A program made the position numbers and the translations under genes. Of a stretch of DNA of 58,184 bases, positions 25,571 through 36,089 are shown piece by piece. Location of the stretch: NCBI GenBank assembly GCA_037146675.1, contig JBAWWR010000002.1, positions 1-58,184 of the forward strand, given 5' to 3'. Numbering within the stretch: the first letter of the stretch is position 1; every line of letters begins with the position of its first letter. Under the pieces are notes generated by a model. The model worked only from the letters and a program-made list of their open reading frames with translations, searched no databases and had not been told where the DNA came from. This DNA comes from Verrucomicrobiota bacterium (GTDB lineage: Bacteria > Verrucomicrobiota > Verrucomicrobiia > Palsa-1439).

Positions 25571-27577
25571 TTGATTTCCTTAAATCGGCCCATGAAACGC
25601 TTATCGGCATCTGTCGCGACTGCTTTGCCGCCATCGCGGGTGTCACCGGCGACGGCATCGGCAATCAGTCTCCTGACCAAGGAAGACTTGGACCGGTTTG
25701 CCGCCGGCGTACATTCGAGTTTGTACACCAAGCTTGGCGCGCACCCGGTCAGCTTGCACGGCGTGACGGGCGTGTGCTTCGCGGTCTGGGCGCCGCAGGC
25801 GACGGAAGTGTCGGTCGTCGGCGATTTCAACCGGTGGATGACTGGCGCCCATTGTTTGCAACGCTGGCGCGATTCAGGAGTTTGGGAAGCTTTCGTGCCG
25901 GACGTGGCGTGCGGCGCGAACTACAAGTTTCGTCTCACGACGGCGGCCGGCAACGTCGTGGAAAAATCCGATCCGTTTGCGTTTCACACCGAGGTGCCGT
26001 CGCGGACCGCGTCGGTGGTGTGGGATTTGGATTACAAGTGGGGCGATGCGGCTTGGCTGAAACAGCGGCGCCGGCGCGATTGGCGGGTGGAACCGGTGTC
26101 AATCTACGAGGTGCACATCGGTTCATGGATGCGCGTGCCGGAGGAAAATAATCGCTGGCTGACTTACCGGGAACTGGCGGAGCCATTGGCCGCGTATGTT
26201 CGGCAACAGGGGTTCACCCATGTGGAATTTCTACCGCTGGCTGAACATCCATTTTACGGTTCGTGGGGCTACCAGCCGACGGGTTTTTTTGCGCCGACCA
26301 GCCGGTATGGCACGCCCCAGGATTTTATGTATCTCATCGATTACCTGCACCAGCAGGGCATCGGCGTGATTTTTGACTGGGTGCCGCTGCATTTTCCGTA
26401 TGACGGGCACGGCCTGGCGAAGTTTGACGGCAGCTGTTTATTTGAGCACGCCGACCCGCGCAACCATCATCATCCGCAGTGGGGCAGCGTGATGTTCGAC
26501 TACGAACGGCCCGAGGTGCGGAGTTTTCTGTTGAGCAACGCGCTCTATTGGTTGCGCCGGTACCACGTGGATGGTTTGCGGGCCGACGCGGTGTCGTACA
26601 TGCTGTACCGGGATTATGGCCGCCGCCCGGGGCAGTGGAGCGCGAACCGGCACGGCGGCCGCGAAAATTTGGAGGCGGTGGCCTTGTTGCAATATTTGCA
26701 CGAGGAGATTGCTGCGGAGTTTCCCGATGTGTTGACCTGTGCGGAGGAAGCGACCGCTTACCCGCAAGTCTCGCACCCGGCGCACGCGGGCGGTCTGGGT
26801 TTTACATTCAAGTGGGACATGGGTTGGATGCACGACACCTTGGAGTACATGGGGAAGCCGTTCCATGCGCGACGGGGCCAATTGAACAAGCTGACGTTCC
26901 GCCAGCTGTACGCCGGGGCGGAGAACTTCGTGCTGCCGCTGTCGCACGACGAGGTGGTGCATCTCAAATGCTCGTTGTTAAATAAAATGCCCGGCAACCA
27001 GTGGGACAAGTTTGCCGGGTTGCGCTTGCTCTACAGCTACATGTACGCCCAGCCCGGCAAGAAACTGCTCTTCATGGGCGGCGAGTTTGGCCAGCACCGC
27101 GAGTGGAACCACGACCGCAGTCTCGACTGGCATCTGCTGAATGACCCGGCGCACCGTGGCATCCAGCAATGGGTGCGCGACCTCAACCGGGCGTACACGC
27201 GGTTACCGGCCTGGCACGCGGGCGACTGCCAGCCGTCCGGATTTGAATGGATTGATTGCCACGATCACACCAATCAGGTTTTGACTTTTCTGCGCAAAGG
27301 CCGTGACGACCAGCAAGCAATCCTTGTGGTCTGCCATTTTTTACCGGGCGTGCTGCACAACTATCGCATCGGCGTTCCGTGGCCGGGGTTGTGGCGCGAA
27401 CTGCTCAACAGCGACGCCCGCGACTACGGTGGCAGCGGCACTAGTAACAACGGCGGCGCCCAAACCGAGGCGCGCGGTTGCCATGGCCGGCCGCACTCGC
27501 TGAATCTCACCGTGCCACCGTTGGGCACGGCATTCTTTGTGTACGAACCGGCAATGGAGGAACCTGCTCATGGCTGA
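25571..27577 (+). CDS. glgB: 1,4-alpha-glucan branching enzyme (GH13_9)
   Basis: An N-terminal CBM48 (FAVWAPQATEVSVVGDFNRW) followed by the GH13 regions DWVPLHF, GLRADAV, AEE and SHDE. The start is uncertain: TTG at 25571 or ATG at 25592. Confidence 0.9.
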   Translation: MISLNRPMKRLSASVATALPPSRVSPATASAISLLTKEDLDRFAAGVHSSLYTKLGAHPVSLHGVTGVCFAVWAPQATEVSVVGDFNRWMTGAHCLQRWRDSGVWEAFVPDVACGANYKFRLTTAAGNVVEKSDPFAFHTEVPSRTASVVWDLDYKWGDAAWLKQRRRRDWRVEPVSIYEVHIGSWMRVPEENNRWLTYRELAEPLAAYVRQQGFTHVEFLPLAEHPFYGSWGYQPTGFFAPTSRYGTPQDFMYLIDYLHQQGIGVIFDWVPLHFPYDGHGLAKFDGSCLFEHADPRNHHHPQWGSVMFDYERPEVRSFLLSNALYWLRRYHVDGLRADAVSYMLYRDYGRRPGQWSANRHGGRENLEAVALLQYLHEEIAAEFPDVLTCAEEATAYPQVSHPAHAGGLGFTFKWDMGWMHDTLEYMGKPFHARRGQLNKLTFRQLYAGAENFVLPLSHDEVVHLKCSLLNKMPGNQWDKFAGLRLLYSYMYAQPGKKLLFMGGEFGQHREWNHDRSLDWHLLNDPAHRGIQQWVRDLNRAYTRLPAWHAGDCQPSGFEWIDCHDHTNQVLTFLRKGRDDQQAILVVCHFLPGVLHNYRIGVPWPGLWRELLNSDARDYGGSGTSNNGGAQTEARGCHGRPHSLNLTVPPLGTAFFVYEPAMEEPAHG

Positions 27578-28760
27578 AGTTTATCACGCGCTGGGATTGA
27601 ACATGCACCAGCCGCTCGGCAATCTGGCCGCGCTACACAATTCGTCGGAACGCTGGGAGGCCAAGCAGATTCTGTGGTGCTACGACCGGCCGACGCGGAT
27701 GCTCGAGGGCTACGAGGACATTGCCCGCTTGCACATGGATTTTTCCGGCACGCTCTTGAAACAACTCGAAGACCCCGCGATCCGCGAGACGTTTGGCGAT
27801 GTCGTCAACATCGCCGGCTTTCTCGACCGGTACCGGCGATCTAATATCGAGTTTGTTGGGACCGGTCTGTTTCACCCGGTTTATCCGCTGATCCCGGCGC
27901 AGGACTGGGATGCGCAGACTGAGTGGTGGCTTGGCTTGGGCCAGCAGTTGTTGGGGCGCGATCACTTTGCCGGTTTCTGGCCGCCGGAGATGGGGTTCTG
28001 CATGGAGATGATTCCGATGCTGGCCCGGCACGGTTACCGGTATGTGATTGTGGATTGCTGGTACATCAAGCCGAAACGCCCGATGCGCTGGGAGGAATTG
28101 CGCTACCGGCCGTACATCGCCAGGTATGGCGGCGCGGAGATCGTGGTCATCCCGCGGGATCGGGAACTATCGATCGCGCAACTGGCCGGGTTGGATCCAG
28201 GTTGGTTTCAGTACGAGTTGCAGCAGCGCACGAAGAACTGCGATTTCCCAGCATTGGTCACGACGTGGAGCGACGGCGAGAACGGCGGCTGGTTTCGGAC
28301 GACGTGTTTGGAAAGCGGATTCTGGGGGTTCTTCTATCGGCCGCTGTTGGACCGGTACCGGGCCGGCACGCTCGGATTCACTCCGATTTACATCAGCGAA
28401 TTCCTGAAAAAATATCCGCCGACCGAGGAAGTCGAAATCCACCGGGGCGCGTGGAACACGGATCACCATTGGGGCGGGGATTTTACGCAGTGGACCGGCT
28501 CGCTCGTACAGAAGCGCGGGCTCGACGAAATTCGCAACGCCAGCGCCTACTACCAGCAGGTCAAACGCACCTGCGACCAGCGCCAGCTCAACGGCAACGG
28601 CGCGGAGATCCGCCAGCTGATCATGAGCGCGTATGACCGGATCCTGACGGCGGAGACGAGCTGCAATTTCTACTGGGGCAGCCGCTGGGTGCACCGGTCA
28701 TTCGATGACTTGGAACAGGCGTACTATCTGCTGGATACCGCGATGGAGAAACTGAAATGA
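27570..28760 (+). CDS. glycoside hydrolase family 57 protein
   Basis: MAEVYHALGLNMHQPLGN (GH57 HQP motif), FWPPEMGF (nucleophile Glu region) and WSDGENGGWF (acid/base Asp region). ATG at 27570 overlaps the glgB stop. Confidence 0.8.
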   Translation: MAEVYHALGLNMHQPLGNLAALHNSSERWEAKQILWCYDRPTRMLEGYEDIARLHMDFSGTLLKQLEDPAIRETFGDVVNIAGFLDRYRRSNIEFVGTGLFHPVYPLIPAQDWDAQTEWWLGLGQQLLGRDHFAGFWPPEMGFCMEMIPMLARHGYRYVIVDCWYIKPKRPMRWEELRYRPYIARYGGAEIVVIPRDRELSIAQLAGLDPGWFQYELQQRTKNCDFPALVTTWSDGENGGWFRTTCLESGFWGFFYRPLLDRYRAGTLGFTPIYISEFLKKYPPTEEVEIHRGAWNTDHHWGGDFTQWTGSLVQKRGLDEIRNASAYYQQVKRTCDQRQLNGNGAEIRQLIMSAYDRILTAETSCNFYWGSRWVHRSFDDLEQAYYLLDTAMEKLK

Positions 28761-30037
28761 TTATTTACAATCTCTTTCCATTGTTGGCCGGGCCGTTCGC
28801 CAAGTGGGACGAACACTTTGAACGCGCGGCGGCGATGAGCTTTGACTGGGTTTTCGTGAATCCGATCCAGTATCCCGGCTATTCCGGCAGCTTATATTCG
28901 ATTGCCTACCATTTCCGGTATCACCCCCGGTTGTTGGATTCCGCCAGCAGTCTTACCGAGGAAGAACAGGTCCGCCAGATGGTCGCGCAGGCGCACAAGC
29001 GCGGCTTGAAGATGATGATTGATCTGGTGATCAACCACTGCGCCTTTGACGCGCCGCTGACCAAGAAACATCCCGAATGGTTTAAGCACGTGAACGGCCG
29101 GCTGGCGCATCCGTCCTGCAAACACGGAGACCAAGTCGTGGAGTGGGGAGATCTCGTGCAGTTTGACCACCGCCATACTCGCGACCGGGAAGGTTTGTAC
29201 CGGTATTGCCTCCGGATGGTGGACCATTTGCTGGAGCTCGGATTCGACGGTTTTCGCTGCGATGCCGCGTACCAGTTGCCGGGCGATTTTTGGCACCGGC
29301 TCATCGCGGAAGTGAAGGCGCGCCAACCGGCGATCGTGTTCGCGGCCGAGACGCTCGGCTGTACCGCCGACCAGACTAAGGAGACCGCGCGGGCGGGCTT
29401 CGACTACATTTTCAACAGCGCCAAGTACTGGGATTTCAATGAGCCGTGGTTGATCGAGCAGTACGAATTGACCCGCGAAATCGTGCCCTCAATCGCGTTC
29501 CCGGAAAGTCATGACACCGACCGGCTGGCGGCGGAATTGAATGGCAACGTGGCGGCGTTGAAGCAGCGCTATCTGTTTGCGGCGTTGTTTTCTGCCGGCG
29601 TGATGATGCCGGTTGGATTCGAGTTCGGATTTCGCAAACGGCTGCACGTGGTCAACAGCCAGCCGACCGACTGGGAGACAACCGATATCGACTTACGGCC
29701 GTTCATCACCGCCGTCAACCGCATCAAACGCGAGTACCCGCTATTTCAGGAAGAATGTCCGTTGAGCGTCCTGCCGTGTCACAATTCGAATGTCCTCCTG
29801 CTCTGGCAAGCCAGCACGCGCAGCCGGTACGAGTCGCTGCTCATTCTCAACAAGGACATCCACAATCATCAAGATTTCACGACGGATCATTTCCGGCACT
29901 ATCTGCAGGCCGGCGCGCCGTTGCACGATGTCTCGCCGGAGTATCAGTTGGAATATATTCATGAACCCTTTCACTACGCACTGCGCCCTGGTCAGGGCAT
30001 TGTGCTGGTGACAACCCGCGATGGAGGTCGCTTATGA
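28757..30037 (+). CDS. GH13 catalytic-core protein resembling GlgE maltosyltransferase, without the GlgE N-terminal domains
   Basis: Contains DLVINHCA, KKHPEWFKH..G.LAH (compare the GlgE KHPEWFHHRPDGTIAH block as I remember it), GFDGFRCDAAY, VFAAETLG and FPESHDTDR. It is 426 aa. ATGA overlap on both sides. Confidence 0.7.
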   Translation: MIIYNLFPLLAGPFAKWDEHFERAAAMSFDWVFVNPIQYPGYSGSLYSIAYHFRYHPRLLDSASSLTEEEQVRQMVAQAHKRGLKMMIDLVINHCAFDAPLTKKHPEWFKHVNGRLAHPSCKHGDQVVEWGDLVQFDHRHTRDREGLYRYCLRMVDHLLELGFDGFRCDAAYQLPGDFWHRLIAEVKARQPAIVFAAETLGCTADQTKETARAGFDYIFNSAKYWDFNEPWLIEQYELTREIVPSIAFPESHDTDRLAAELNGNVAALKQRYLFAALFSAGVMMPVGFEFGFRKRLHVVNSQPTDWETTDIDLRPFITAVNRIKREYPLFQEECPLSVLPCHNSNVLLLWQASTRSRYESLLILNKDIHNHQDFTTDHFRHYLQAGAPLHDVSPEYQLEYIHEPFHYALRPGQGIVLVTTRDGGRL

Positions 30038-31494
30038 AACTCGCCCCGATTCCAGAACTCATTGATGGTCTGCCCAATATTTCTGGCTGGGAAAAACAAG
30101 TCGCCGCAGTCACGGCCGACCGCACGCCGGTCTACCTGCCGCGCACGCCGTTGCGACTGGACCAAGTGCAGTCAGCGTTTGCAGTCGCGCTGCATATGCA
30201 TCAGCCAATCATCCTCGCCGATCACGATCTCGGCACGGCGCCGCTGATTGGGAATTTGCAATCCATGATTGAGAATCAGCACGTCCACGGTAATCACGAC
30301 GCGCCGGTATTCGCCTGGTGCTACACGCGCACTGCCGATTTCATCCGCGAACTCGTCGATGCCGGTAAGCAGCCGCGCGTCATGCTCGATTACTCCGGCG
30401 AACTGCTCTTCGGCCTGCGGCAGATGGGCCGGCACGACATTCTCGACAACCTTAAAAGCGTCACGACCAACGACCGGTATTGGCCGCATGTCGAATGGCT
30501 CGGCACCATGTGGGGGCACGCGGTCGTACCTTCGACGCCCATCCCCGATCTCCGGTTGCACATCGGCGCTTGGCAGCATCATTTCGCGGCGCTGTTCGGC
30601 TGGGAAGCGCTGGCGCGGGTGCGCGGATTCTCGCCGCCCGAAATGCATTTGCCCAACCATCCGGATACCGCCTATGAGTACGTCAAGGCACTGAAAGATG
30701 CCGGCTACATCTGGCTGCTCGTTCAGGAACATACCGTCGAAGAAATCGACGGCAGCGGCTTGCGTGAACGTTATCTTCCGCGCCGGTTAATCACCCGTAA
30801 CAGTCAGGGCGAAGAGGTGTCGATTCTCGCGCTGATCAAGACGCAAGGGTCGGACACGAAATTAATCGGCCACATGCAACCGTTTCACGAGGCGAAAGGG
30901 ATGCACCCGCGCGAGCTGGCCGGCAAGCGTGTGCCGCCGTGCGCCACGCAAATCAGCGACGGCGAAAACGGGGGCGTGATGATGAACGAATTTCCGAGTC
31001 ACTTCCAACAAACCTGGTGGCAGACCGGCACGAACGGTGTTGTCGGGATCAACGGCACGGAATATCTCGAGCTGCTGGCCGCTGCCGGCTTGAAGGAGGA
31101 AGATTTCCAGCCGGTTCAGCCATTGCACCAGCACAAACTCTGGCAGCATCTCGGCGCCAAGCCGACCCCGGCAACAGTCGCCGCAGCGATTACGGAATTG
31201 CGCGCCCACGACCACCGGTTCCAGATGGAAGGCGCATCGTGGACGAGCGATCTGAGTTGGGTGAAAGGGTACGAGAACGTACTCGATCCGATGAACCAGC
31301 TCAGCGTGGCGTTTCATCAGAAGCTCGATAAACCAGAGATTGACCGGCAGCAGCACGCGTACCGGAGCACGCTGTTGCACCTGCTGGTGAGCCAGACCAG
31401 CTGTTACCGGTACTGGGGGCAGGGGCGCTGGACTGATTACGCCCGCGAGATTTGCCGGCGCGGTTTGGATGTCCTAGCGCACGATTTTAAATGA
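30034..31494 (+). CDS. glycoside hydrolase family 57 protein (second copy, longer)
   Basis: Contains FAVALHMHQPI, FSPPEMHLP and ISDGENGGVMM motifs, in 486 aa. Confidence 0.8.
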   Translation: MKLAPIPELIDGLPNISGWEKQVAAVTADRTPVYLPRTPLRLDQVQSAFAVALHMHQPIILADHDLGTAPLIGNLQSMIENQHVHGNHDAPVFAWCYTRTADFIRELVDAGKQPRVMLDYSGELLFGLRQMGRHDILDNLKSVTTNDRYWPHVEWLGTMWGHAVVPSTPIPDLRLHIGAWQHHFAALFGWEALARVRGFSPPEMHLPNHPDTAYEYVKALKDAGYIWLLVQEHTVEEIDGSGLRERYLPRRLITRNSQGEEVSILALIKTQGSDTKLIGHMQPFHEAKGMHPRELAGKRVPPCATQISDGENGGVMMNEFPSHFQQTWWQTGTNGVVGINGTEYLELLAAAGLKEEDFQPVQPLHQHKLWQHLGAKPTPATVAAAITELRAHDHRFQMEGASWTSDLSWVKGYENVLDPMNQLSVAFHQKLDKPEIDRQQHAYRSTLLHLLVSQTSCYRYWGQGRWTDYAREICRRGLDVLAHDFK

Positions 31495-31521
31495 GTGACG
31501 ATAAATTTGGGATGACAACGA

Positions 31522-33207
31522 ATGCAGGGGCGACTACCAACGATTGCTTATTTCTCGATGGAGATGGCGCTGGAGCCGGACATCCCGACATACAGCGGCG
31601 GCCTCGGCATGCTGGCCGGCGACACGTTGCGGGCGGCGGCTGATCGGGGACTTGGGTTGGTTGGTGTGACGCTGATGTACCGGTGCGGGTATTTCCTGCA
31701 AACGCTCGATGCGGCCGGCCGGCAGGGTGAGGCGTGCTTGATCTGGCAACCGGAGAAAGGTCTCCAGGAATTACCGGTGCGCGTGACGGTCACACTAGAG
31801 GGGCGGACGGTCCAGATTCGGGCGTGGCAATATACGATGCGCGGGAACGACGGGGTCGTGCCGGTGTATCTGCTCGATACGAACTTGCCGGAGAATTCAG
31901 AGTGGGACCGGAAGTTGACCGAGAGTCTCTACAGCGGTGACAAGTGGTACCGGCTTGGTCAGGAGATTGTATTGGGCATCGGCGGCGTGCGGATGTTGCG
32001 GGCGCTGGGCCACACCAATTTGCGCCGGTTTCACATGAACGAAGGCCACGCGGCGCTCTTGACACTGGAGTTGTTGGCCGAGCACACCAAGGCGGCGGGA
32101 CGGATCGAGTTCAGTCAGGAAGATGTGGCGGCGGTGCGCGAGTCGTGTGTGTTCACCACGCATACGCCGGTGCCGGCGGGGCATGACCGGTTCCCGCTGG
32201 AGATGGTCACCCGCGCACTAGGCCGGGTGGATTTCGCGGCGCACCACGATGTGTTCTGTTGCGAGGGTGAGTTGAACCTGACCTACCTCGCTCTGAATTT
32301 GAGCCGGTACGTCAACGGCGTCGCCAAGAAGCACGCGGAAGTCTCGCAGCTCATGTTCGCGCAGTACCGGATCGACGCCATCACCAACGGCGTGCACGCG
32401 CCCACATGGGTCGCGCCGGCGTTTCAAGGGCTCTTTGATCAACAGATTCCGGGGTGGCGCGACGACAGTTTCATGCTCCGGTATGCGTTGAACATTCCGC
32501 CGGTGGAAATTTGGAAGGCGCACCGGCAAGCCAAGCACGAACTCTTGCAACGCGTGAACGCCGAGACCGGCGCTGGGTTCGAGAGCGACGTGCTGACGGT
32601 GGGGTTTGCCCGGCGCGCCGCTGCCTACAAACGCGGCGACCTGTTGTTTCACGATCTCGACCGGCTCAAACACATTGCCGCGACTGCCGGTAAGTTTCAG
32701 GTGGTTTATGCCGGTAAGGCGCATCCGCAGGATCAGTCCGGCAAGGATCTTATCCAGCGCATTTTCGCAGCGCGCGACGCTTTGCGCGACCATGTGCGGG
32801 TGGTGTACCTCGCGAATTACGATTGGGAATTGGGCCGGTTGATGACGGCCGGTTCTGATATCTGGTTGAACACACCGCAGCCGCCGTTGGAGGCGTCCGG
32901 CACCAGCGGGATGAAGGCCGCGCTCAACGGCGTGCCGAGCCTGAGTGTTCTCGATGGCTGGTGGATCGAGGGCTATATCGAAGGTGTGACCGGTTGGGCG
33001 ATCGACCATACCGCGCCGGTTATGGGGGACCGGACCCCGCACGATGCGGCGTCATTGTGCGACCAACTGGAGCGAGTGATTATCCCGCTCTATTACCGGG
33101 ATCGCGACCGATTTATCGATGTGATGCGGCACGCCATCGCGCTGAATGGCTCATTCTTCAACGCCCAGCGGATGCTGCTGCAGTATGTATTAAAGGCGTA
33201 TTTCTAA
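31522..33207 (+). CDS. glgP: alpha-glucan phosphorylase (GT35, short type)
   Basis: Contains YFSMEMAL...[18 protein letters not shown], and [15 protein letters not shown] (the PLP-binding Lys motif). Confidence 0.9.
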   Translation: MQGRLPTIAYFSMEMALEPDIPTYSGGLGMLAGDTLRAAADRGLGLVGVTLMYRCGYFLQTLDAAGRQGEACLIWQPEKGLQELPVRVTVTLEGRTVQIRAWQYTMRGNDGVVPVYLLDTNLPENSEWDRKLTESLYSGDKWYRLGQEIVLGIGGVRMLRALGHTNLRRFHMNEGHAALLTLELLAEHTKAAGRIEFSQEDVAAVRESCVFTTHTPVPAGHDRFPLEMVTRALGRVDFAAHHDVFCCEGELNLTYLALNLSRYVNGVAKKHAEVSQLMFAQYRIDAITNGVHAPTWVAPAFQGLFDQQIPGWRDDSFMLRYALNIPPVEIWKAHRQAKHELLQRVNAETGAGFESDVLTVGFARRAAAYKRGDLLFHDLDRLKHIAATAGKFQVVYAGKAHPQDQSGKDLIQRIFAARDALRDHVRVVYLANYDWELGRLMTAGSDIWLNTPQPPLEASGTSGMKAALNGVPSLSVLDGWWIEGYIEGVTGWAIDHTAPVMGDRTPHDAASLCDQLERVIIPLYYRDRDRFIDVMRHAIALNGSFFNAQRMLLQYVLKAYF

Positions 33208-33262
33208 TGTTGCGCGACCCAAAAAATCCCAGCCGGCGGAACAATCGCCGGCAGGTTGGTGA

Positions 33263-34324
33263 ATGAACGCTCCTCAACAATCTGCTGAGCCCGAGCCGCG
33301 GATGATGATGTGGCGCGGCGACGAAGCCCGGTATCTGCGCTTGTTGGCGTGGATTACCGACTACATTTACACCGTTGCGATTACCAACGGGCAGCCGGTC
33401 AAAACCACGCACAGCCCGGCTTGCCTGACCATCACCGGCTACAGCGTCGAGGAATATGCCGCCAATCCGGCGCTGTGGATTGAGATGATTCACCCGGCCG
33501 ACCGCGACGTGGTGATGTCCCAAGCCGCCACCGCGTTGACCGGGTTGACGCCCACGCCTGTCGAGCATCGGATCATCCGGAAAGACGGCACTCTCCGCTG
33601 GCTGCGTAATACTATTGTGACGGAGAAAGACACCGCCGGCTGTGTGGTGGGCTACGATGGTGTCATCACTGACGTCACCGAGCGCAAGCGATTGGAGCGC
33701 GGGCTTCAGGAAATCAGCGACCGGGAACAATGCCGGATTGGACAGGAACTGCATGACGGTCTCGCGCAGAATTTGATTGCGGCGGCTTTCGTCGCCAATG
33801 CGCTCAAGTTCGATTTGCAAACACGGGCGGTACCGGAAGCCCGGCAAGCCGATGATCTGGCGCAATTGATTGACCAAGCTATTTCCCAAGCCCGGCAGTT
33901 TGCGCGTGGGCTGTATCCCGCCCAGTTGGAAAACGGCGATCTGGAGTCGGCGCTACACGATTTGGCCGGGCATGTGAGTGATCTGTACGGCGTGTGTTGC
34001 AACTTGCACACGCGGCAGCCGGCGCGCATTGGAGACCGGCTGGCGGCCAGCAATCTCTACCGCATCGCCCAAGAAGCGGTCGCCAACGCCGTCCACCACG
34101 GGCAAGCGAAACAAATCGATATCAACCTGACGACTGATGACGGTTCCGTGGTGTTGCAGGTTGCCGACAATGGTACCGGTCTGCCCGAGCCGCTGCCAGT
34201 CACACCGGGATTGGGGATTCACATTATGCATTACCGGGCCCAGAGCATCGGCGGCCGGTTGGAAATTCGCCGCCAGCCCCAAGGCGGCACTCTCGTCGCC
34301 TGTATTAGGAGATCGTTGCAATGA
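33263..34324 (+). CDS. PAS / HisKA_3 histidine kinase (soluble)
   Basis: A PAS domain ([11 protein letters not shown]...GTLRW), the H-box [12 protein letters not shown], and a HATPase (VADNGTGLP...GLGI). It is a paralogue of the C-terminal half of the gene at 20114-22342. Confidence 0.85.
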   Translation: MNAPQQSAEPEPRMMMWRGDEARYLRLLAWITDYIYTVAITNGQPVKTTHSPACLTITGYSVEEYAANPALWIEMIHPADRDVVMSQAATALTGLTPTPVEHRIIRKDGTLRWLRNTIVTEKDTAGCVVGYDGVITDVTERKRLERGLQEISDREQCRIGQELHDGLAQNLIAAAFVANALKFDLQTRAVPEARQADDLAQLIDQAISQARQFARGLYPAQLENGDLESALHDLAGHVSDLYGVCCNLHTRQPARIGDRLAASNLYRIAQEAVANAVHHGQAKQIDINLTTDDGSVVLQVADNGTGLPEPLPVTPGLGIHIMHYRAQSIGGRLEIRRQPQGGTLVACIRRSLQ

Positions 34325-35010
34325 TTAAAAAACAGCCGTCGCCATTCCACCAGCCACGGGTCGCCCAGATTCTGATTGTGGACGACCATCCAATGGTGCG
34401 GGAACGACTGGAGGAAGTCATCCGCCGGCACGCCGACCTCCACGTGTGCGGTCAGACTGGCGACGCGACACACGCCCGGCAATTGATTGAGACGGCCAAA
34501 CCGGATCTGGCGATTGTGGACATTGCATTAAAACAATCGGACGGACTCGATTTGATCAAAGACCTGCGGGTGCAGGCTCCGCAGTTGCTGATTCTCGTGG
34601 TTTCCATGTACGAGGAATCGCTGTATGGCGAGCGCGCGTTGCGTGCCGGCGCCCACGGCTACATCAATAAACAGGAAGCCACGCGCAACATCGTGACGGC
34701 AATCCGCCGCATCTTGAACGGTGAAACCTACATCAGCGAGCAGCTGGCCCAGACTCTGGCCGCGCGAGTGGTGGGTCGACCGGCAGTCAAACCCACGACC
34801 GCGTTGAGCGCGTTGAGCGACCGGGAGCTCCAAGTGTTCACGCTGATTGGCGAAGGCCACACCGTCAGCCATGTGGGCGCCATTCTCCACGTGGCCAACA
34901 GCACCGTTGAGACGCACCGCGATCGCATTCGCGAGAAGCTGAATTTGCCGGATGCCAACGCTGTCTTGCGGGCCGCGATTGCCTGGCGACAGACCGCCGC
35001 CGCCGCGTAA
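34321..35010 (+). CDS. NarL/FixJ-family response regulator
   Basis: Contains ILIVDDHPMVRERL, LAIVDIAL, and the LuxR HTH LSDRELQVFTLIGEGHTVSHVGAILHVANSTVETHRDRIREKL. ATGA overlap with its kinase. It is a paralogue of 22339-23031. Confidence 0.9.
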   Translation: MIKKQPSPFHQPRVAQILIVDDHPMVRERLEEVIRRHADLHVCGQTGDATHARQLIETAKPDLAIVDIALKQSDGLDLIKDLRVQAPQLLILVVSMYEESLYGERALRAGAHGYINKQEATRNIVTAIRRILNGETYISEQLAQTLAARVVGRPAVKPTTALSALSDRELQVFTLIGEGHTVSHVGAILHVANSTVETHRDRIREKLNLPDANAVLRAAIAWRQTAAAA

Positions 35011-35155
35011 ACACCGCTGGCCGGGCCGGTGCTCGGTGCCATTCACATAGTTGTGTCCCGTTTGTCGGGGACACCAGATTCCTACCGCTCACCCGACAGA
35101 CAATCACTGCACTCCCGCCTAGAGTTTAGGCGTAGCAAGGAAGGAGCGCAGGATT

Positions 35156-35965
35156 ATGAAAACGGTGCGCTGGTTTCGAATCGGGGTGTTAATGTTGGTG
35201 TGTTGGTTGGGCGGCGGTGTCGTGTCAGTCTGGCCGCAAGAGATGGCCGTCCGGTTGGAGCGCGAACGAAAAAATGACGACCAAATGTACCAACTGATGC
35301 GGCAAATGTTAGTCGATTTCGGGTATTCAAACAAGGTCGCCGCGTTAGGCACAATGTGGCAAAAAACCTCCACACCGCAGCAGTGGGCGGAGGCCAAACG
35401 CGTCAAACAGGCGGAGCCGGATCGCGTTCCAGTCGAAACGGAACGGATTCTCGCCCGCCTGCCGTTGCGACCTACGGTGGGCTTCAGTCAGTTCTTCACC
35501 GACGTGTGCGCGCAAGGCCAAGACCTGCGCGAGATTGTGCGCGTGCTGGTGGCGTGGACCGCCCGTGGTGGGCAGGCCGAACTGCAGGCGCGGGGCGACT
35601 GGACGATGCACTTTATCTATGGCGCGGCCTGTGAACTCAACCTCGGTTTGGGTTACTTCGCGGCGGTGATGAAAGAACATCTCGATCAGCAACGCGGTGG
35701 CCCATTCGATTTCGGCGATATGGCCGCGAGCATGGCCGGGGCAGAGTGGGTGCATCAGGTCGAACGCAATCCGCAATGGCTTGCGGAATGGCAAACCGGC
35801 CGGCGGACGCTGGCCAACAACCTGCCGGCCCTGCGCTACGGCACGGGCGTTTACTCAATGCAGATTGCTGAGCGCGTGCACGCCGATATTCTGGTCGCGT
35901 ACGGCATCCGCAGTGGAACGCCGCAGACAGAGCGAGTTTTGGAGACCGCCTTGCGGCACCAATGA
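35156..35965 (+). CDS. hypothetical protein with an N-terminal signal/anchor helix
   Basis: Good RBS (AAGGAAGGAG). The N-terminus is MKTVRWFRIGVLMLVCWLGGGVVSVW. I recognise no family. Confidence 0.5.
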   Translation: MKTVRWFRIGVLMLVCWLGGGVVSVWPQEMAVRLERERKNDDQMYQLMRQMLVDFGYSNKVAALGTMWQKTSTPQQWAEAKRVKQAEPDRVPVETERILARLPLRPTVGFSQFFTDVCAQGQDLREIVRVLVAWTARGGQAELQARGDWTMHFIYGAACELNLGLGYFAAVMKEHLDQQRGGPFDFGDMAASMAGAEWVHQVERNPQWLAEWQTGRRTLANNLPALRYGTGVYSMQIAERVHADILVAYGIRSGTPQTERVLETALRHQ

Positions 35966-36089
35966 TTATCAGGGTGGCGCAATTTCCCGTGACCGGTTCA
36001 ATGGTTTTTCGGGTGCGGGTACTTGCTAAATCCGCGAAATGGTGCAGTTTAACCGCAGGTCGAGAATTTTAGATTTGGAGTGCTAGGCC

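Noticed and set aside
33232-33252. GC hairpin GCCGGCG-gaacaat-CGCCGGC after glgP as an intrinsic terminator.
   Set aside because: The stem is real, but no U-tract follows on the + strand; the A-run precedes it. It may be a processing or pause site, but I cannot support a terminator call.
35964-35976. 13-nt identity (GATTATCAGGGTG) between 35964-35976 and the spacer of motif copy e (38476-38488).
   Set aside because: In a 58-kb window, tens of 13-mer coincidences are expected by chance across all pairwise positions. The flanks do not align and no GTCCGATTG box follows.
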